Positions 9,216 through 17,599 are shown, numbered from the stretch's first letter. The stretch is DNA of 38,757 bases from Anaerolineales bacterium (GCA_035288185.1 DATEAV010000111.1:1-38757); one strand, 5' to 3'. Translations and numbers: made by a program. The notes: generated by a model from the letters alone, not told the origin.

Positions 9216-9670
9216 AAGATACGGGCGCGAAAGTGCTGGCTGCGAACCGGAAGGCGTCGCATGACTATTTCCTGGAAGATCGATTCGAAGCGGGGATCGC
9301 CCTCCAGGGAACCGAGATCAAGTCGATCCGGGCCGGGCAGATCAGCCTGCGGGAGGCCTACGTCCGGACGGATGGCGAGGAAGTCTGGTTGGTCAACGCG
9401 CACGTCGCGCCCTACGATCCGGCGAGCAATATGAACCACGATCCGCGGCGGGAGCGCAAGCTCTTGCTTCATCGGCGGGAAATCCTGAAGCTTCAAGACA
9501 AGGTGCGCCAGAAGGGCTATACGATCATCCCCACGAAGGTCTATTTGTCTGGCGGGCGGGCCAAGGTGGAGATAGCCCTGGCAAGAGGCAAGCGCCAGTA
9601 TGACAAGCGCCAGCAGATCGCCCGGCGGGAAGCGCAGCGGGACATGGAGCGGGCCCTGCGCCGGAGATAG
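9212..9670 (+). CDS. smpB: SsrA-binding protein SmpB
   Basis: NRKASHDYFLEDRFEAGIALQGTEIKSIRAG...LLLHRREI is the classic SmpB signature. Its GTG start overlaps the protease stop (GTGA at 9212-9215). Confidence 0.95.
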   Translation: MKDTGAKVLAANRKASHDYFLEDRFEAGIALQGTEIKSIRAGQISLREAYVRTDGEEVWLVNAHVAPYDPASNMNHDPRRERKLLLHRREILKLQDKVRQKGYTIIPTKVYLSGGRAKVEIALARGKRQYDKRQQIARREAQRDMERALRRR

Positions 9671-9675
9671 GGCTG

Positions 9676-10461
9676 GTGACCCCCCCCTCGATCGCCGCGA
9701 TCAATCAGCTCCCAGACGTCGAAAAGCTCGCCATCTATCGGCGGTTTGTGCCTACGGCTCTTCTGGAGCGATTTCACATCTCTCCGGCCCTGGTGGACGA
9801 TAGGGGTCGGAGCCTGGCGACGTTTCGCTGCGCGGCGGGGTCGACCGACGTCGTGGTCGCGCTGAAGCACGAGTATGGCGCCCGTGACCCGCTCTTGTAT
9901 GCCCACCTGACCGACACGATTGCGGGGCAGGTACACGTCTTGCTCTATGTGGTCAACGATCCCGAGTCGCCACGTTTCGACGTCGACCGTATGCTGGATG
10001 GGACGGCGACGGAATTCGGCACGTTTCGCCGCAATATCCCTGCCGAAATCGCCGCGCTGGAGGCGGGCCTGGCGCCCGGCCAGGTCCGGCGCGGGCTGCG
10101 GATCCTTCGTCATTCGATCCAAGCGTTTGACGAGTTCGTGTCCTCTCTCGGGCATGAGGTGTACTTCATCGAGCCGCTCGCCTACCATAACGCGGTTGTG
10201 TTCGAGCGGTATGGTTTTGCCTACGTCGAGGGACGGCGCGTCATGAATCGGATCCACGACGGGTTTCAGCCGGGAGCGGAGCTGCAGATTCGGCTGGATG
10301 GGTCAACACCCTTCCGGCGGCCGGGTGCGGGGCAAGCCATTCGTGGTCGGAGCTGGGCGGTGCAGGATGGGATTCTCGGGGAGCCCTTTACCGGCGTGAC
10401 GATGTACAAGCGGGTCGGCGAGCGGGCCGGGGTCGATACATTTCCTGGGGGCGAGTGGTAG
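9676..10461 (+). CDS. Conserved-looking hypothetical protein with a weak GNAT-like motif, embedded between smpB and ssrA
   Basis: 261-aa ORF, good codon bias by eye, with a GTG start 5 nt after the smpB stop. The segment RRGLRILRHSIQAFDEFVSSLGHEVYFIEPLAYHNAVVFERYGFAY resembles GNAT motif A/B (by eye only). Confidence 0.7.
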   Translation: MTPPSIAAINQLPDVEKLAIYRRFVPTALLERFHISPALVDDRGRSLATFRCAAGSTDVVVALKHEYGARDPLLYAHLTDTIAGQVHVLLYVVNDPESPRFDVDRMLDGTATEFGTFRRNIPAEIAALEAGLAPGQVRRGLRILRHSIQAFDEFVSSLGHEVYFIEPLAYHNAVVFERYGFAYVEGRRVMNRIHDGFQPGAELQIRLDGSTPFRRPGAGQAIRGRSWAVQDGILGEPFTGVTMYKRVGERAGVDTFPGGEW

Positions 10462-10565
10462 CTGCGCTGCGCATAGCCTCTTGCGCTTTTCGGAGGAAGT
10501 GGGAGGGTTCGGTGGGCGGTTGGGGTGGCTATGCGCATTGGGCTTGGCTGCGCCCAAATTGACCA

Positions 10566-10574
10566 TGGTATAAT
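10566..10574 (+). promoter_or_regulatory. Extended -10 promoter TGgTATAAT for tmRNA
   Basis: TGGTATAAT at 10566-10574. The tmRNA 5' end GGGGATGAC starts at 10585, 10 nt downstream of the box. Confidence 0.5.
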
Positions 10575-10584
10575 GAAAGGCGAC

Positions 10585-10981
10585 GGGGATGACAGGCTTC
10601 GACGGAGGAGGCTGGCCCCGGACTGCAAGCCGAGAGGCGCCGACCTCGCAAAATCAGCGCAAACCACAAGTGCCACACGCACGAACTATGCGGCTCTCCC
10701 GCTCGCGGCCTAACCCCGCGTAAGGGAAGCCCGCCCTGCTGAACAGGGCACGCCCTCTGGCTCCGCCCCCGGCCGGGGTCAGGCTGGGCGACATAAGGCT
10801 GGGGTGCCGCGCCCGACGCCGCTGCCGGCGCGAAAGACGGGCTCTCGGGCCCGAGCGGCTGGCTGAGTGAAGACCCCGTCGGTCGGGGCTCACAAGGCAA
10901 GATAGAAATAGGCCGGCTACGCTTGTAGACGTTCGGTGGTCGATTCTTTCGGACGCGGGTTCGATTCCCGCCATCTCCACC
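10585..10981 (+). ncRNA. ssrA: tmRNA (transfer-messenger RNA), standard one-piece form
   Basis: 5' GGGGATGACAGGCTTCGACGG and 3' GGACGCGGGTTCGATTCCCGCCATCTCCACC (T-arm, acceptor stem complementary to the 5' GGGGATG, discriminator A, genomic CC). Internal tag ORF ends ...TNYAALPLAA-TAA. Located directly downstream of smpB. Confidence 0.92.
10657..10713 (+). other. tmRNA mRNA-like region encoding the proteolysis tag (approx. AQTTSATRTNYAALPLAA, stop TAA)
   Basis: In-frame reading back from TAA at 10711-10713. The resume codon is uncertain: GCG at 10657 or GCA at 10648. The C-terminal ALPLAA is the usual non-polar degron. Confidence 0.6.
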
Positions 10982-10982
10982 T

Positions 10983-11002
10983 CGGCGCCCCAACGGGCGC
11001 CG
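10983..11002 (+). terminator. Hairpin CGGCGCCC-caac-GGGCGCCG immediately after the tmRNA 3' end
   Basis: 8-bp GC stem with a 4-nt loop, read directly, followed by gatcccTTTcc. Confidence 0.55.
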
Positions 11003-11067
11003 ATCCCTTTCCTCCGACTAACAGGCGCATTCGGCGAGGCGAGGTGGGTCGGGCCTACGGGCGCGGT

Positions 11068-11745
11068 TTACCCTCGGGCCCGAAGCGGCGGGTTGCTCAG
11101 GCGAAACCCATGGCCCCGGACCGTTACGATGTAGGCGTGATCGAGATCGACCTCGGCGAGGCGATCTCGCAGCCTGCGGATGAGGGCATCGATCGCTTGC
11201 TCCGAAACGCCCTCCCCCTCCGCTCCGGGCCAGACATCGTCGACGATCTGCTCGCGCCCCACGACACGGTCTTGATTTCTGTAGAGGAGCTCCAGGAGGC
11301 GGTATTGAGGAGGAGATAGAGGAGGATCGATTTCGACGCCCAACACCCAGATGCGGTGGGCCTGGGGATCCATCCGCAGCCGCCCAAATCCGCCCGGCCC
11401 GCCTTCGCCGAGCGCGAGCGGAAGCGTCGCCTCCGTTCCGACGAAAGCCAGCTCGAGCGCCAGCGCAATCTGGAGCACATCGCCATCCTGCAGAAGGACC
11501 GGATTCTCCACGACTGCGCCGTTGACGTAGGTCCCGTTGCGGCTTCCCAGGTCTTCCACGACAAAGCCGTCATTCATCCGCCGGATGCGGGCATGATGCC
11601 TTGACACCTGTCGCTCCGCGACCACCAGGTCGCAGTCGGCGCCTCGCCCGATGATGAACGCCTCCCCCTCGAGAGACCATCGAGTTCCGGTTAGCGCTTT
11701 TGTCAGAGCGATCAGAACGGGCTTCTCGGTGTGGTTTTCCGCCAT
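11068..11745 (-). CDS. Transcriptional regulator: N-terminal FHA domain fused to a C-terminal OmpR/PhoB-type winged-helix DNA-binding domain
   Basis: FHA: FIIGRGADCDLVVAERQVSRHHARI...LGSRNGTYVNG...GDVLQIA. wHTH: LSPPQYRLLELLYRNQDRVVGREQIVDDVW...AIDALIRRLRDRL...IVTVRGHGFRL. Start chosen at the ATG at 11745 (MAENHTEK); the track ORF extends to 11913 through Arg-rich junk. Confidence 0.85.
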   Translation of the reverse strand: MAENHTEKPVLIALTKALTGTRWSLEGEAFIIGRGADCDLVVAERQVSRHHARIRRMNDGFVVEDLGSRNGTYVNGAVVENPVLLQDGDVLQIALALELAFVGTEATLPLALGEGGPGGFGRLRMDPQAHRIWVLGVEIDPPLSPPQYRLLELLYRNQDRVVGREQIVDDVWPGAEGEGVSEQAIDALIRRLRDRLAEVDLDHAYIVTVRGHGFRLSNPPLRARG

Positions 11746-11783
11746 GGATCGGCCCTGCCGCCAACCTCCGCAATGGGCGAGGG

Positions 11784-11789
11784 TATAAT
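11784..11789 (+). promoter_or_regulatory. Perfect TATAAT hexamer in the divergent kinase/FHA-regulator intergenic region
   Basis: gggTATAATggg at 11781-11792, about 97 nt before the kinase ATG. A perfect AT hexamer is conspicuous in this GC-rich DNA. No clear -35 element. Confidence 0.35.
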
Positions 11790-11885
11790 GGGATCTCGAA
11801 CCGGGAGCTCTGAGCCTTGAGAGAGGGCGGGGCTCACGCCAAGAGCGGTCCCGGACGGCCTCACGCCCTCTGAGGTTGATTCGGA

Positions 11886-12872
11886 ATGCCCATCCCGCTT
11901 GCCGCAGGCGCAATTCTGCGCGACCGCTACGTCGTCCGGCAGATCATCGGCCGCGGGGGCATGGGTTCGATCTACCTCGCGGAGGACAACCGTCTCCCCG
12001 GACGCATGTGCGCTCTCAAAGAGGTTCACATCGAACCGGATGTCCCCGAAGCCGATGTTGAGCAAGGAAGAGACCAATTCTATCGCGAAGCCTCGGTGCT
12101 TGCCCGACTCGACCACCCCAACCTACCTAAGGTCTCCGACTTCTTCACCGAGAGCGACCGCGACTACCTCGTCATGGACTACGTCCCCGGGGAGGACCTC
12201 AAGACGTTGATGGATCGAGCCCGGCGCGAAGGACGCTTCATCCCTCAAAACGACGTGTTGCGATGGGCGGCGCAACTGGCCAGCGCCCTGGAGTATATGC
12301 ACGACCAGGATCCGCCAGTGATCCATCGCGATATCAAGCCGAGCAACCTCAAGCTCACCCCTTCCGGGCTTCTCAAACTCGTCGACTTCGGCCTCGTCAA
12401 GCAGATGGCACCGGGAGAGATGACGGTGACCGTCATCCAGGGGCGCGGAACCGCGCAGTACACGCCTCTTGAGCAATACGGGGGCGACTCCGGCCACACC
12501 GACCCACGCAGCGACATCTACGCCTTCGGGGCCACCCTCTACCACGTCCTGACGAACCAGCCTCCTCCCGAAGCGAAGCTGCGCTTCTTGAACGCACATA
12601 CCCTGCGCTCTCCCCGGGAAATCAATCCCGACATCAGCCCGCACGTCGAGCAGGCGGTTCTGTGGTCCATCGCACTTCATCCGGATGACCGGCCAGCGGA
12701 CATCGCCGCCTTTCGCGCCGCCCTCCAGAGCGTTGATCTCGGGACGGAGGTCGCCCATCGGATCGCAACCATTCTTGCCCCTGGGCGGATCCTTCCCACA
12801 CGCCACGATCGGATCCTGGCCTCGCTCGCTGCCGGCTTGTTTGTGCTCGCGCTTCTGGCCACCCTGCTCTAG
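11886..12872 (+). CDS. Hanks-type Ser/Thr protein kinase with a single C-terminal TM anchor and no extracellular domain
   Basis: GRGGMGSIY (G-loop), ALKEV (Lys), HRDIKPSNLKL (catalytic loop), DFGL, and the GTAQYTPLE activation segment. The last 23 residues, ILASLAAGLFVLALLATLL, are hydrophobic and run directly into the stop codon. Confidence 0.9.
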   Translation: MPIPLAAGAILRDRYVVRQIIGRGGMGSIYLAEDNRLPGRMCALKEVHIEPDVPEADVEQGRDQFYREASVLARLDHPNLPKVSDFFTESDRDYLVMDYVPGEDLKTLMDRARREGRFIPQNDVLRWAAQLASALEYMHDQDPPVIHRDIKPSNLKLTPSGLLKLVDFGLVKQMAPGEMTVTVIQGRGTAQYTPLEQYGGDSGHTDPRSDIYAFGATLYHVLTNQPPPEAKLRFLNAHTLRSPREINPDISPHVEQAVLWSIALHPDDRPADIAAFRAALQSVDLGTEVAHRIATILAPGRILPTRHDRILASLAAGLFVLALLATLL

Positions 12873-12974
12873 CGCCAGAGAGCGATCGAGCTTGTGGTCC
12901 TTCCGCCCAAATCCACTCCACGCGTCTTACCCACACCTTGGTGGGGATTTCGCCAACGCGGCATTCGCGGCGCG

Positions 12975-15773
12975 TCAGCCGAGCCGCTTGGCCCGGGGCC
13001 AACGCCTCGACGCTCCCAGGCCAGCCGCGCCCCCCGCGGCGGCGGCCAATGGGGCAGCAAGCCACCCTAGGGCGCCCACGAATGCGCCTGCGCCGGGCAG
13101 GCCGAAGGCCAGGTAGTTGTACACGAGCAGGCCGCCGATCGCGGTCAGCAGAAGTCTGCGCCGGCGAGCATCCGCCGGCTCCCCCCTTTCCCGGCCTCTC
13201 AAGTTCCCGGCCGCGATGACCCCGGCCCCTGCGAGCAGCCCCAGGCCCAAATCCGCCAGCCCCAGATTGTGCCCCGGCTGACCTCCCCCCGGCTCGTTCT
13301 CACCCTCCGGAGCGGGAGCCTGCGCCGAAGGCGTGGGGCTGGCAAGCACCGCCTCTGTGGGCATCGGTGTCGGCGCAATCACGGTGACGAATGCGGGGAT
13401 GCCCTCCTGGACGTTGAGCTGAAGGATCTCTGAGGTCCGAGCGGGATCGCTCGTGGCCGAGATGACCAGAAGCCCGAATCTCTCCAAGGGGAACTCGACG
13501 GCTGCAACACCATCAACCGTCGTTGCCCGAAGCACCATCGGCGTGAGACCCTCGCCCTCGAACGTCAGGTTGAACTCGACTACCGTGCCATCGGGGACAG
13601 CGTGCTGATTGTGATCAAGAACTTCACCGGTTTCCAGGTAGACGAGGTCGCCCACGGTGTAGCCGGCCTCCTCGGTCTCTGGTGTCCCCAGATCAAGTGC
13701 CGGGCGGGCAGAGATCGGGATCACCTGGGCCGGGTCGGGCGAGGTGATCTCAATGAGGTCATACCCGGTTCCCGGGACGCTCACTGGAGAAGCTCCCACG
13801 GGAGTGAGTTCCCGGAAGAGCAGGCGGGCGGCCACCTCGACGAACGACGGAGACTTCGAATACAGGCCGTAGTAGACGTCGACCTTGCTCAGATCGGTGG
13901 CATCCAGATCGTAGGGAACCCCGAAGGCGAAAACGACCAGGCGCGCCCGCTGAGCGAGATCTGGGCGCCGGTCGAGCAGCAGCTTGAGCGCATCCGAGCC
14001 AAACACCTGCTCGCTGCTGCCCAAGACCGAGAACACCAGCCACGACGCGCTCGAAAGCGCCTCATCCAAGGTTTCCGGCGGTGCCAAGGCCAAGCCGAGT
14101 GAGGCCGGAGCCGCCTCCCCGAGGTAGGTGGCCAGATCGGCCATCGTGTAGGAGGCCAGGTTCCATCCACCCACCTCGCCACCTACGGAGGGGCCATACA
14201 GTCGAAGAACCGCCGATTCCAGCGCGTCGACGGGCAGGGTCTGAATCATCTGGCACGCAGTGCATTGGGAGGCCAGACGGACGTCGGTGATAAAGACGAT
14301 CCTCTCCCCCAATCTCGGGGGAGACCCCAATCGCCCGTCGACTTCTTCGCGCGTCGGGGTAATCAGAGTCGCGGCGCTCAGGGCCACCTGGTCGACGACG
14401 CTCTCGCCCAACCCGATGCGCGCCAGATCTCCTTCCTCGGGCAGGACGTCGGCCACGTTGAACTCGGCGCCGTAGAGCCGCAGCTTCATCTCAAGAATCC
14501 GCTCGACAGCCGAATCGACGCGTTCCGCAAAGAGGCTGTCTTCCCGGTATTTGTCGGCGAAGAAGGCCAGCGTCGCCCGAATGGTGGTGGCCTCGTCCGG
14601 ATCCCCCGTCGACTGAAAACCGGAGAGCAGCAGGAGATCGTTGCCGGCAAGGAAGGCATCTCTGGCAACCAGATGGCCTCGGAAGACCTCCTCGCGAGGA
14701 TCGTAGAACCTTCGGATCGCCCGCGACCCCAGCGAGTCGCTGATCGTCACGCCACCTGTCGCCCTCCATGTCGCCAGCGGCTCGAGGGCCATGATGTCCT
14801 CAAACGCCTGTGGGTCGAGGCTCACAGGGCGCGTGGTCGCCCGGATATTGCCCTGGAACCCCTGGTAGCGGATGTGCGCCCGCAGCAGGGCATCGGTGAT
14901 GCCTGGATCCGAGCCAGGCGAGCCGTCGGTTACGGCGAAGAATGGCGCCAGCTCGATCCGCTGCAGATCTTCGAGCGACTTGCGGACCGTCGCCACCTCT
15001 TCTTCCAGCGGCCGGTCGCTTCCGCCATGCCCGGGGAAGTGCTTGGCTACAACCGCGATGCGGCCGTTCGAGCCATCATGGACGCCCGCAATGTAGGCCT
15101 GGCCCATCAGGCTCACCCAGTAGGGATCGCCGCCAAAGGTTCGCACGCCCAGGTCGCCGGGGCCTTCCGGCCGGGGGTCTTCGATCACATCCAGTGACGG
15201 CCCCAGGAGCATATTGATCCCCAGGGCCTCCAGCTCTCTCCCCAGGACCTGGCCGACGGCATAGGCCAAGGAAGGATCCCAGGTGGCCCCGATGGCCATC
15301 TCCGACGGAATATCGGTCAGTCCGGAAAGGATCTCGGAAGACGGGTTGCCATCCCCCTCCTGACTCACCGCAATGAAGAGAGGCACATACACCGGGGGGC
15401 GGGTGGATCCTCCTCCGGTTTCCGGCGTGGCCGGCTCCAGGGAGGCACTATACGCCGCCGACTGGAGCGAAGAGATCAGCGAGCGCGCGGCTTCCAGCGT
15501 ATTGGGGGAGTCGACGAAGTTGTCGTTGCGCGCTCGCAGGACGACCCCCGCGATGTGCCCTTCACGGATCAGCTCGTAGATCGGGTCGCTTTCTCGCGGG
15601 GCCGACCCTCGGAACGTGACCAGAATGAGCTGGCCCACCCGTTCTTCCGGGGTCATCTGATCGAGGATCTGCGATGCAGTCAGTGGGCGAGGAGAGCCCC
15701 TACCCGCCGATCCCCCTCCAAGGGGCGGGATGATCAGGCTGAGGGCCACCGCAGCCGCGAGCAGCGTCTTCAT
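12975..15773 (-). CDS. Glycoside hydrolase family 3 (NagZ/beta-hexosaminidase-like N-terminal domain) with a long uncharacterised extension and a C-terminal membrane anchor
   Basis: Signal peptide MKTLLAAAVALSLIIPPLGG. AKHFPGHGGSDRP (GH3 KHFPGHG motif) and GGVTISDSLG (nucleophile region). About 400 aa follow with no recognisable motif, then a Pro-rich linker and 2-3 hydrophobic helices at the C-terminus. Confidence 0.85.
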   Translation of the reverse strand: MKTLLAAAVALSLIIPPLGGGSAGRGSPRPLTASQILDQMTPEERVGQLILVTFRGSAPRESDPIYELIREGHIAGVVLRARNDNFVDSPNTLEAARSLISSLQSAAYSASLEPATPETGGGSTRPPVYVPLFIAVSQEGDGNPSSEILSGLTDIPSEMAIGATWDPSLAYAVGQVLGRELEALGINMLLGPSLDVIEDPRPEGPGDLGVRTFGGDPYWVSLMGQAYIAGVHDGSNGRIAVVAKHFPGHGGSDRPLEEEVATVRKSLEDLQRIELAPFFAVTDGSPGSDPGITDALLRAHIRYQGFQGNIRATTRPVSLDPQAFEDIMALEPLATWRATGGVTISDSLGSRAIRRFYDPREEVFRGHLVARDAFLAGNDLLLLSGFQSTGDPDEATTIRATLAFFADKYREDSLFAERVDSAVERILEMKLRLYGAEFNVADVLPEEGDLARIGLGESVVDQVALSAATLITPTREEVDGRLGSPPRLGERIVFITDVRLASQCTACQMIQTLPVDALESAVLRLYGPSVGGEVGGWNLASYTMADLATYLGEAAPASLGLALAPPETLDEALSSASWLVFSVLGSSEQVFGSDALKLLLDRRPDLAQRARLVVFAFGVPYDLDATDLSKVDVYYGLYSKSPSFVEVAARLLFRELTPVGASPVSVPGTGYDLIEITSPDPAQVIPISARPALDLGTPETEEAGYTVGDLVYLETGEVLDHNQHAVPDGTVVEFNLTFEGEGLTPMVLRATTVDGVAAVEFPLERFGLLVISATSDPARTSEILQLNVQEGIPAFVTVIAPTPMPTEAVLASPTPSAQAPAPEGENEPGGGQPGHNLGLADLGLGLLAGAGVIAAGNLRGRERGEPADARRRRLLLTAIGGLLVYNYLAFGLPGAGAFVGALGWLAAPLAAAAGGAAGLGASRRWPRAKRLG

Positions 15774-15822
15774 GGCCCTGAGTATACCTTTGTGGGAAAC
15801 TGCTCACAAGACGCCGGGGTTT

Positions 15823-16641
15823 TCAGGCCGGTTGAAGTTGAGCCTCTTGTTCCAAGATCGTGCGAAGCAGAGAATGTCGCGCGATCCCGCTCAGGAATTC
15901 GAGGCGCCGAATGCCGAGCGGATCGATCACCTCGCGGAGCAGCCTCGTCTCTTCCGGCGAAGGCGGAGCCGTCTCTCCAAGGTCGGAGGCCACCGAAAGG
16001 CGAAAGCCCGTCTTCGACTGAATCTTTTCCGGAGATACCCCCGGATGGACGTGGGTCAGGCGCATCCGTCCGTCCAGGAAATCAAACTGGCCGAGATCCG
16101 AGACGAGGTAGCGGGGCCCCATGCCGTGGCGGCGCGCCGGGTGGTGCCCCAGGCCGGATAGGAAGTCCAGATGCGCCACGAAGGTCACGCGGGAGTGCCT
16201 GGGTACGTAGAGGTGAGTCTCGCTCATCACCGGGGTGACGTCCGGAATCCCTCCGGTGCCCGGCAAGCGGAGTCTCGGGCGCGTGTAGTCGCGGCCGAAG
16301 GCGATGTTGTTGAAATTGCCTTGCGCATCCACCTGCCCGGGTCGGAAGAACTCCTTGGGGCGCATGCGGGGCAGCAGGTCGGCGGCGGCCTGGACGAAAC
16401 CAAACGACGCCAGCGCCTTGCCAAGCCAGAGAGCCTCCACCCGCGCCAGTCCCAGCGGCGCCCCCTCCCGGCAGATGCTTTGCCCGATTGCCGAGGCGAA
16501 GTAGACGCGCGGCGCGTGGGTGTGCCAGGCCAGGAGGTATCCGGCGGCGACAAGAGGCGTGGCCAGGCCCTGGGCGACGATTTCTCCGTCTCGCACCTGG
16601 CGAGAAATGCAGACGCACAGCAGCTCATCGAGCGTCCACAT
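15823..16641 (-). CDS. CoA-transferase beta subunit (glutaconate/3-oxoacid CoA-transferase subunit B family)
   Basis: 272 aa. The N-terminus DELLCVCISRQVRDGEIVAQGLATPL and GQVDAQGNFNN are characteristic of family I CoA-transferase B subunits. No alpha subunit lies next to it. Confidence 0.7.
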   Translation of the reverse strand: MWTLDELLCVCISRQVRDGEIVAQGLATPLVAAGYLLAWHTHAPRVYFASAIGQSICREGAPLGLARVEALWLGKALASFGFVQAAADLLPRMRPKEFFRPGQVDAQGNFNNIAFGRDYTRPRLRLPGTGGIPDVTPVMSETHLYVPRHSRVTFVAHLDFLSGLGHHPARRHGMGPRYLVSDLGQFDFLDGRMRLTHVHPGVSPEKIQSKTGFRLSVASDLGETAPPSPEETRLLREVIDPLGIRRLEFLSGIARHSLLRTILEQEAQLQPA

Positions 16642-17599
16642 GCCGTCCCTCTCCTGCCCGGGCCTGCTCCAGCACGCGGGGATCGATATTCCCTCCGCTC
16701 AAAACGGCAATCCCTTTCCTCTCTTCGCCCAGCAGGCAGGCGGCCAGCGCCGTCGCCGCTGACGGCTCGATCACCTCCCCCGCCTGGCGATCGGCCCATC
16801 GGATTGCCTCCCAGATCGCCTCTTCCGAGACGAGCACAATCTCGTCGACGGCTTCTCGCACCAGGGCGAAGGTGATCGAGCCAGCCTCCACCGCGCCGGA
16901 GAGCCCGTCGGCGATCGTCGGCATCTCGACCACGTTCCCCAGATCGCCGAGGTTGAAGAACGTGTGCATGTAGGGCGCGGCTTCGGGCTGCACGCCCACC
17001 ACGCGAACCTGGGGCGCCAGGGCCTTCAATCCTATGGCGATACCGCCAAGGAGCCCGCCTCCGCTGACCGGAACGAACACCTCCCACTCCGACGGGCCGG
17101 CGAGATCGAGCTGCCCGGCGAGCTCGAGCGCGATCGTCCCCTGCCCGGCGATCACCTCGGGGTCATTGTACGGCGAAACCCAGGTCGCGCCCCGGCGCCG
17201 CGCGAGCGCAAGGCCCTCCGCCTCAGCCGCGGCGTAGTCGCCGGAGGCGAACACGACCTCGGCCCCCAGTTCGCGGATTCGATCCACCTTCACCTGCACC
17301 GCGCCCTTCGGGACCACGATGGTCGCCTGCGCTCTACGCAAGCTGGCTGCAAGGGCGACTCCCTGGCCGTGGTTCCCGGCGGACGCCGCGACGATCCCCC
17401 GCCCGAGCTCGTTTGTGGAGAGGCCGAGCACCTTGTTGAGCGCGCCGCGGATCTTAAATGAGCCGGTTCTCTGCCGGTTCTCGCACTTGAGCCACACCCT
17501 GCCCTCGCCGATACGCCGGGCCGGCGTCACGTCGATATGCGGCCGGATCCGAGCCTCGGCCTGCTGGATCGACCGAAGATCAACTCCCTTGGCGGACAT
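16625..17599 (-). CDS. PLP-dependent threonine/serine dehydratase (fold type II, no ACT domain)
   Basis: LKCENRQRTGSFKIRGA (PLP-Lys motif), ASAGNHGQGVA, VPVSGGGLLGGI. Start chosen at the ATG at 17599 (MSAKGVDL), which has a GGAG SD and lies just after the upstream gene's stop at 17580. Confidence 0.85.
   Translation of the reverse strand: MSAKGVDLRSIQQAEARIRPHIDVTPARRIGEGRVWLKCENRQRTGSFKIRGALNKVLGLSTNELGRGIVAASAGNHGQGVALAASLRRAQATIVVPKGAVQVKVDRIRELGAEVVFASGDYAAAEAEGLALARRRGATWVSPYNDPEVIAGQGTIALELAGQLDLAGPSEWEVFVPVSGGGLLGGIAIGLKALAPQVRVVGVQPEAAPYMHTFFNLGDLGNVVEMPTIADGLSGAVEAGSITFALVREAVDEIVLVSEEAIWEAIRWADRQAGEVIEPSAATALAACLLGEERKGIAVLSGGNIDPRVLEQARAGEGRHVDAR

Noticed and set aside
10982-11067. 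Integrated mobile element at the tmRNA 3' end (ssrA is a common integration site)
   Set aside because: No integrase, excisionase or phage-like gene follows. I did not find a duplicated copy of the tmRNA 3' end (attR-like) anywhere downstream in the window. The next gene is a regulator that forms a coherent pair with its kinase.
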